From positions 1,389,728 through 1,453,727 of the forward strand of contig JAWQFM010000008.1 of the NCBI GenBank assembly GCA_033442325.1: a stretch of 64,000 nucleotides of DNA, written 5' to 3'. The DNA is from Salpingoeca rosetta. Lineage: Eukaryota > Protista > Choanoflagellata. Within the stretch, counting starts at the first letter, position 1, and each line of letters starts with the position of its first letter. Below, in pieces: positions 61,720 to 64,000 of this stretch. The notes under the pieces were generated by a model. That model made no database searches. It had not been told where the DNA came from and was given only the letters and a program-made list of their open reading frames with translations. The translations under genes and the position numbers were made by a program.

Positions 61720-62988
61720 GCAGAAGTGCAGGGCGTACATTTGCCGTGACGGTGTGCCATTTGCATGGCTGCCTTCTTCTTCTTCGAGCGCTCTTGCAAA
61801 ACCTCATGTTGCACCTAGGTCACACCACCAATGGCACACACGCCAGATGTGCGTGAGCGTACGAACGTGAGTGTGTGTGCGTGGGAGTGAGCAGGTTAAT
61901 ACACACACAGACATACACAAAAGCACACACAAGCACATGCACAAGAACACGCACACAAGCACACGCACAGGAACACACGAGCACGAACCTGTTTGCCAAA
62001 CTTCTTCATCTCACGCAGCTTGCGGTTGCGCTCCGCGCGCTCAATGCGGTCTTGATCCTTGAGCATGACTTCACGGATCTTCTCCATGTGATCGTCTGTC
62101 TTGATCATCTCCGCAAAGTAGTCGCCAGGTCTGCCGCCAAAACAGTGGGGATTGTGCGTGAGCATGGTGATTGAGTACGTGGGTGCACTGGTGCACACTC
62201 AAGCCACCCACGTTTGCGAAACACACACACATACACATACGCATGCACACATACACACATACACAAACGCACCGCTCGATGGGAATGTTATGCTTCTTCA
62301 ACAAGTTCTGGCCTTGTTGTGCCGCTTTGAGAGTGAGATCATAGCTGTGCAGATGTGGGTGCGTGTGCGTGGACGATAGAGGTTGAGTGAGAAGAGAGAA
62401 TAGACACAGGGGACACGGGCACAGCGAGTGGATCGCATAGTGACACGTGTTGGGGGAGATCAGGCCTTTGTCGACACCAATGTAGACACGGCAACCCAAT
62501 GTAGATACGTCACGACGCAAGATTCCAACAACGCGAGCGCACGTACAAAGCATCCTCGCGTTGAAAGTCCTCGTCGGGGTTGAGGTCTGTGGGCAATGCG
62601 CCAGAGTGGACCAGGAATGTCTCTATCCACGGGAGCTTGCGTGAAATCTACCCAGAATCACAAGACAGGCACACGCATGTCGACTGACAGTGAGAGGGTG
62701 TATAGTGACGAGCAACACAGCTGGCAATGACAGCATGACATGTGGTGCATTGGCACACGCGAAGGACGGGCGCATGCGCAAAGAACAGCGTGCACCCACA
62801 AAACAAACGCGTACACTCACTCAGACGCGTGTGTGCAGCCACAACAAATGCAGACAACAAAACATACTCACCTCAAACTCTTTGATCTTCTCTTCGATGG
62901 CGACTGTTCGATCCTCGGGCACATTCTTCCATTTGAGGTACTTCTCATCCTCCTCCTCAAGGTACAAGTCCTCTTCGTCAGACTGCAT
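60689..62988 (-). CDS. EBNA1BP2: rRNA-processing protein EBP2
   Basis: DEDFQREDAL|Y, IPIER|PGDYFAEMIKTDDHMEKIR, REMKKFGKQV|Q, RFGFGGKKRQAKRN, RPGKSTRQK. Confidence 0.93.
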
Positions 62989-63051
62989 TGTGTGTGTGTG
63001 TATGTGTGTTGTTGTTGTTGTTGTGTGTGTTGTGTGTGTGTGTGGGGGGGG

Positions 63052-63148
<97 letters not shown>

Positions 63149-63212
63149 TGTCTTGTGCCACCACGTGGTTGTAGAAATGCTGTTGGTATTTTGCACAAGA
63201 ATTCCAACACGG

Positions 63213-63961
63213 ATGATGGCAGGAACACGCAGACGAGCCGCCACGCGCAGACAGCGGAAGCAGCAGCAGGACGAGGATGGGGAGCACCAGCAGGTGGACG
63301 CTGTCGTTGAGCAAGAAGAGCCCGTGGAGGACATGGTGCTGAACACACAGAACCGTGCTGAGGACGGCAGCGAGGGCGAAAGCGGAGAAGACGGCGTGGT
63401 GGAAGAAGAAGACACGAACATGCCAGGCGCACAGGATGTTGCCGATGATGAGGACGATGAGGACGATGAAGCCGAAGCAGACGACTTCGACTCGGGCGAG
63501 GATGCCGCAGATGACGAGGGTGACAGCGATGCTGACGACGAGGGTGCCTCAGACGAGGAAGACGACGAAGCTGGCTATCTTGGCGAAGACTCTGACGACG
63601 TTGACGGCGAGGACGATGAGGAGTATGATGACGATGACGAAGCCATGGAGGAAGAAGGTGGGGTGCTGAGCTCACAATCGGCCAAGGGCATGGCAGATGT
63701 CATGCAGAGCATCCTGTCTGGAGGACCTACGACCGAGGTTGATGTTCCCATCTTGGCCAAGGACAAGTCCACCCTGCGGCGAATTGTTGAGCAGCAAGAA
63801 GAGGAGCGCCTCACCCTGCAACAAATCAAGGCCAAGCGTGCCAAGATCGATGTCACGCGTGTGAAGCCCGCGGAGTACAGCCTCAACCACGAAAAGTTGC
63901 TCGTCAAAATGGCAACAAAAGGAGGTGTGTGTGTGTGTGTGCGGTGTTGTGTTGTGTCGTG

Positions 63962-64000
<39 letters not shown>
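63213..64000 (+). CDS. RRP15: RRP15-like ribosome biogenesis protein, 5' part; runs off the window end
   Basis: Acidic N-terminus, then GMADVMQSIL...PILAK...RVKP...EKLLVKMATKG, matching the Rrp15 E-x-x-L-x-K/R-I-A-T-R/K-G-V motif. Intron starts at about 63925. Confidence 0.8.

Overview
Gene-dense, intron-rich eukaryotic DNA whose introns are full of (GT)n/(CA)n microsatellites. The gene content points to a choanoflagellate, most likely Salpingoeca rosetta (inference): a fused beta-alpha nitrile hydratase, an HM-motif PTB tyrosine kinase, SH2 proteins and a ROCO gene. About 20 genes were spliced by eye: UMPS/OPRT (partial), a patatin lipase, eIF2-beta and RRP7 (both cut off at one shared GT tract), a myristoylated SH2-like protein, nitrile hydratase, an Ank-Roc-COR-TIR-SAM ROCO protein, an SH2 protein, NAP1, glutaminyl cyclase, a Tim17/NDUFA11-family protein, BCAS3, a PTB-PTB tyrosine kinase, a large hypothetical protein, an 86-aa membrane microprotein, an OSTM1 homologue, an S33 peptidase, EBP2 and RRP15 (partial). 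Two observations stand out. (1) An intact 3,022-bp DNA transposon (23519-26540) encodes an intron-containing IS630/Tc1-mariner-type transposase with about DD135E spacing, yet it has CAGGGGG termini and an 8-bp target-site duplication instead of TA. (2) The ROCO-TIR gene builds its ankyrin sensor from recently duplicated one-repeat, phase-0 exon cassettes that vary at binding-surface positions. All gene models are manual and no database searches were run.
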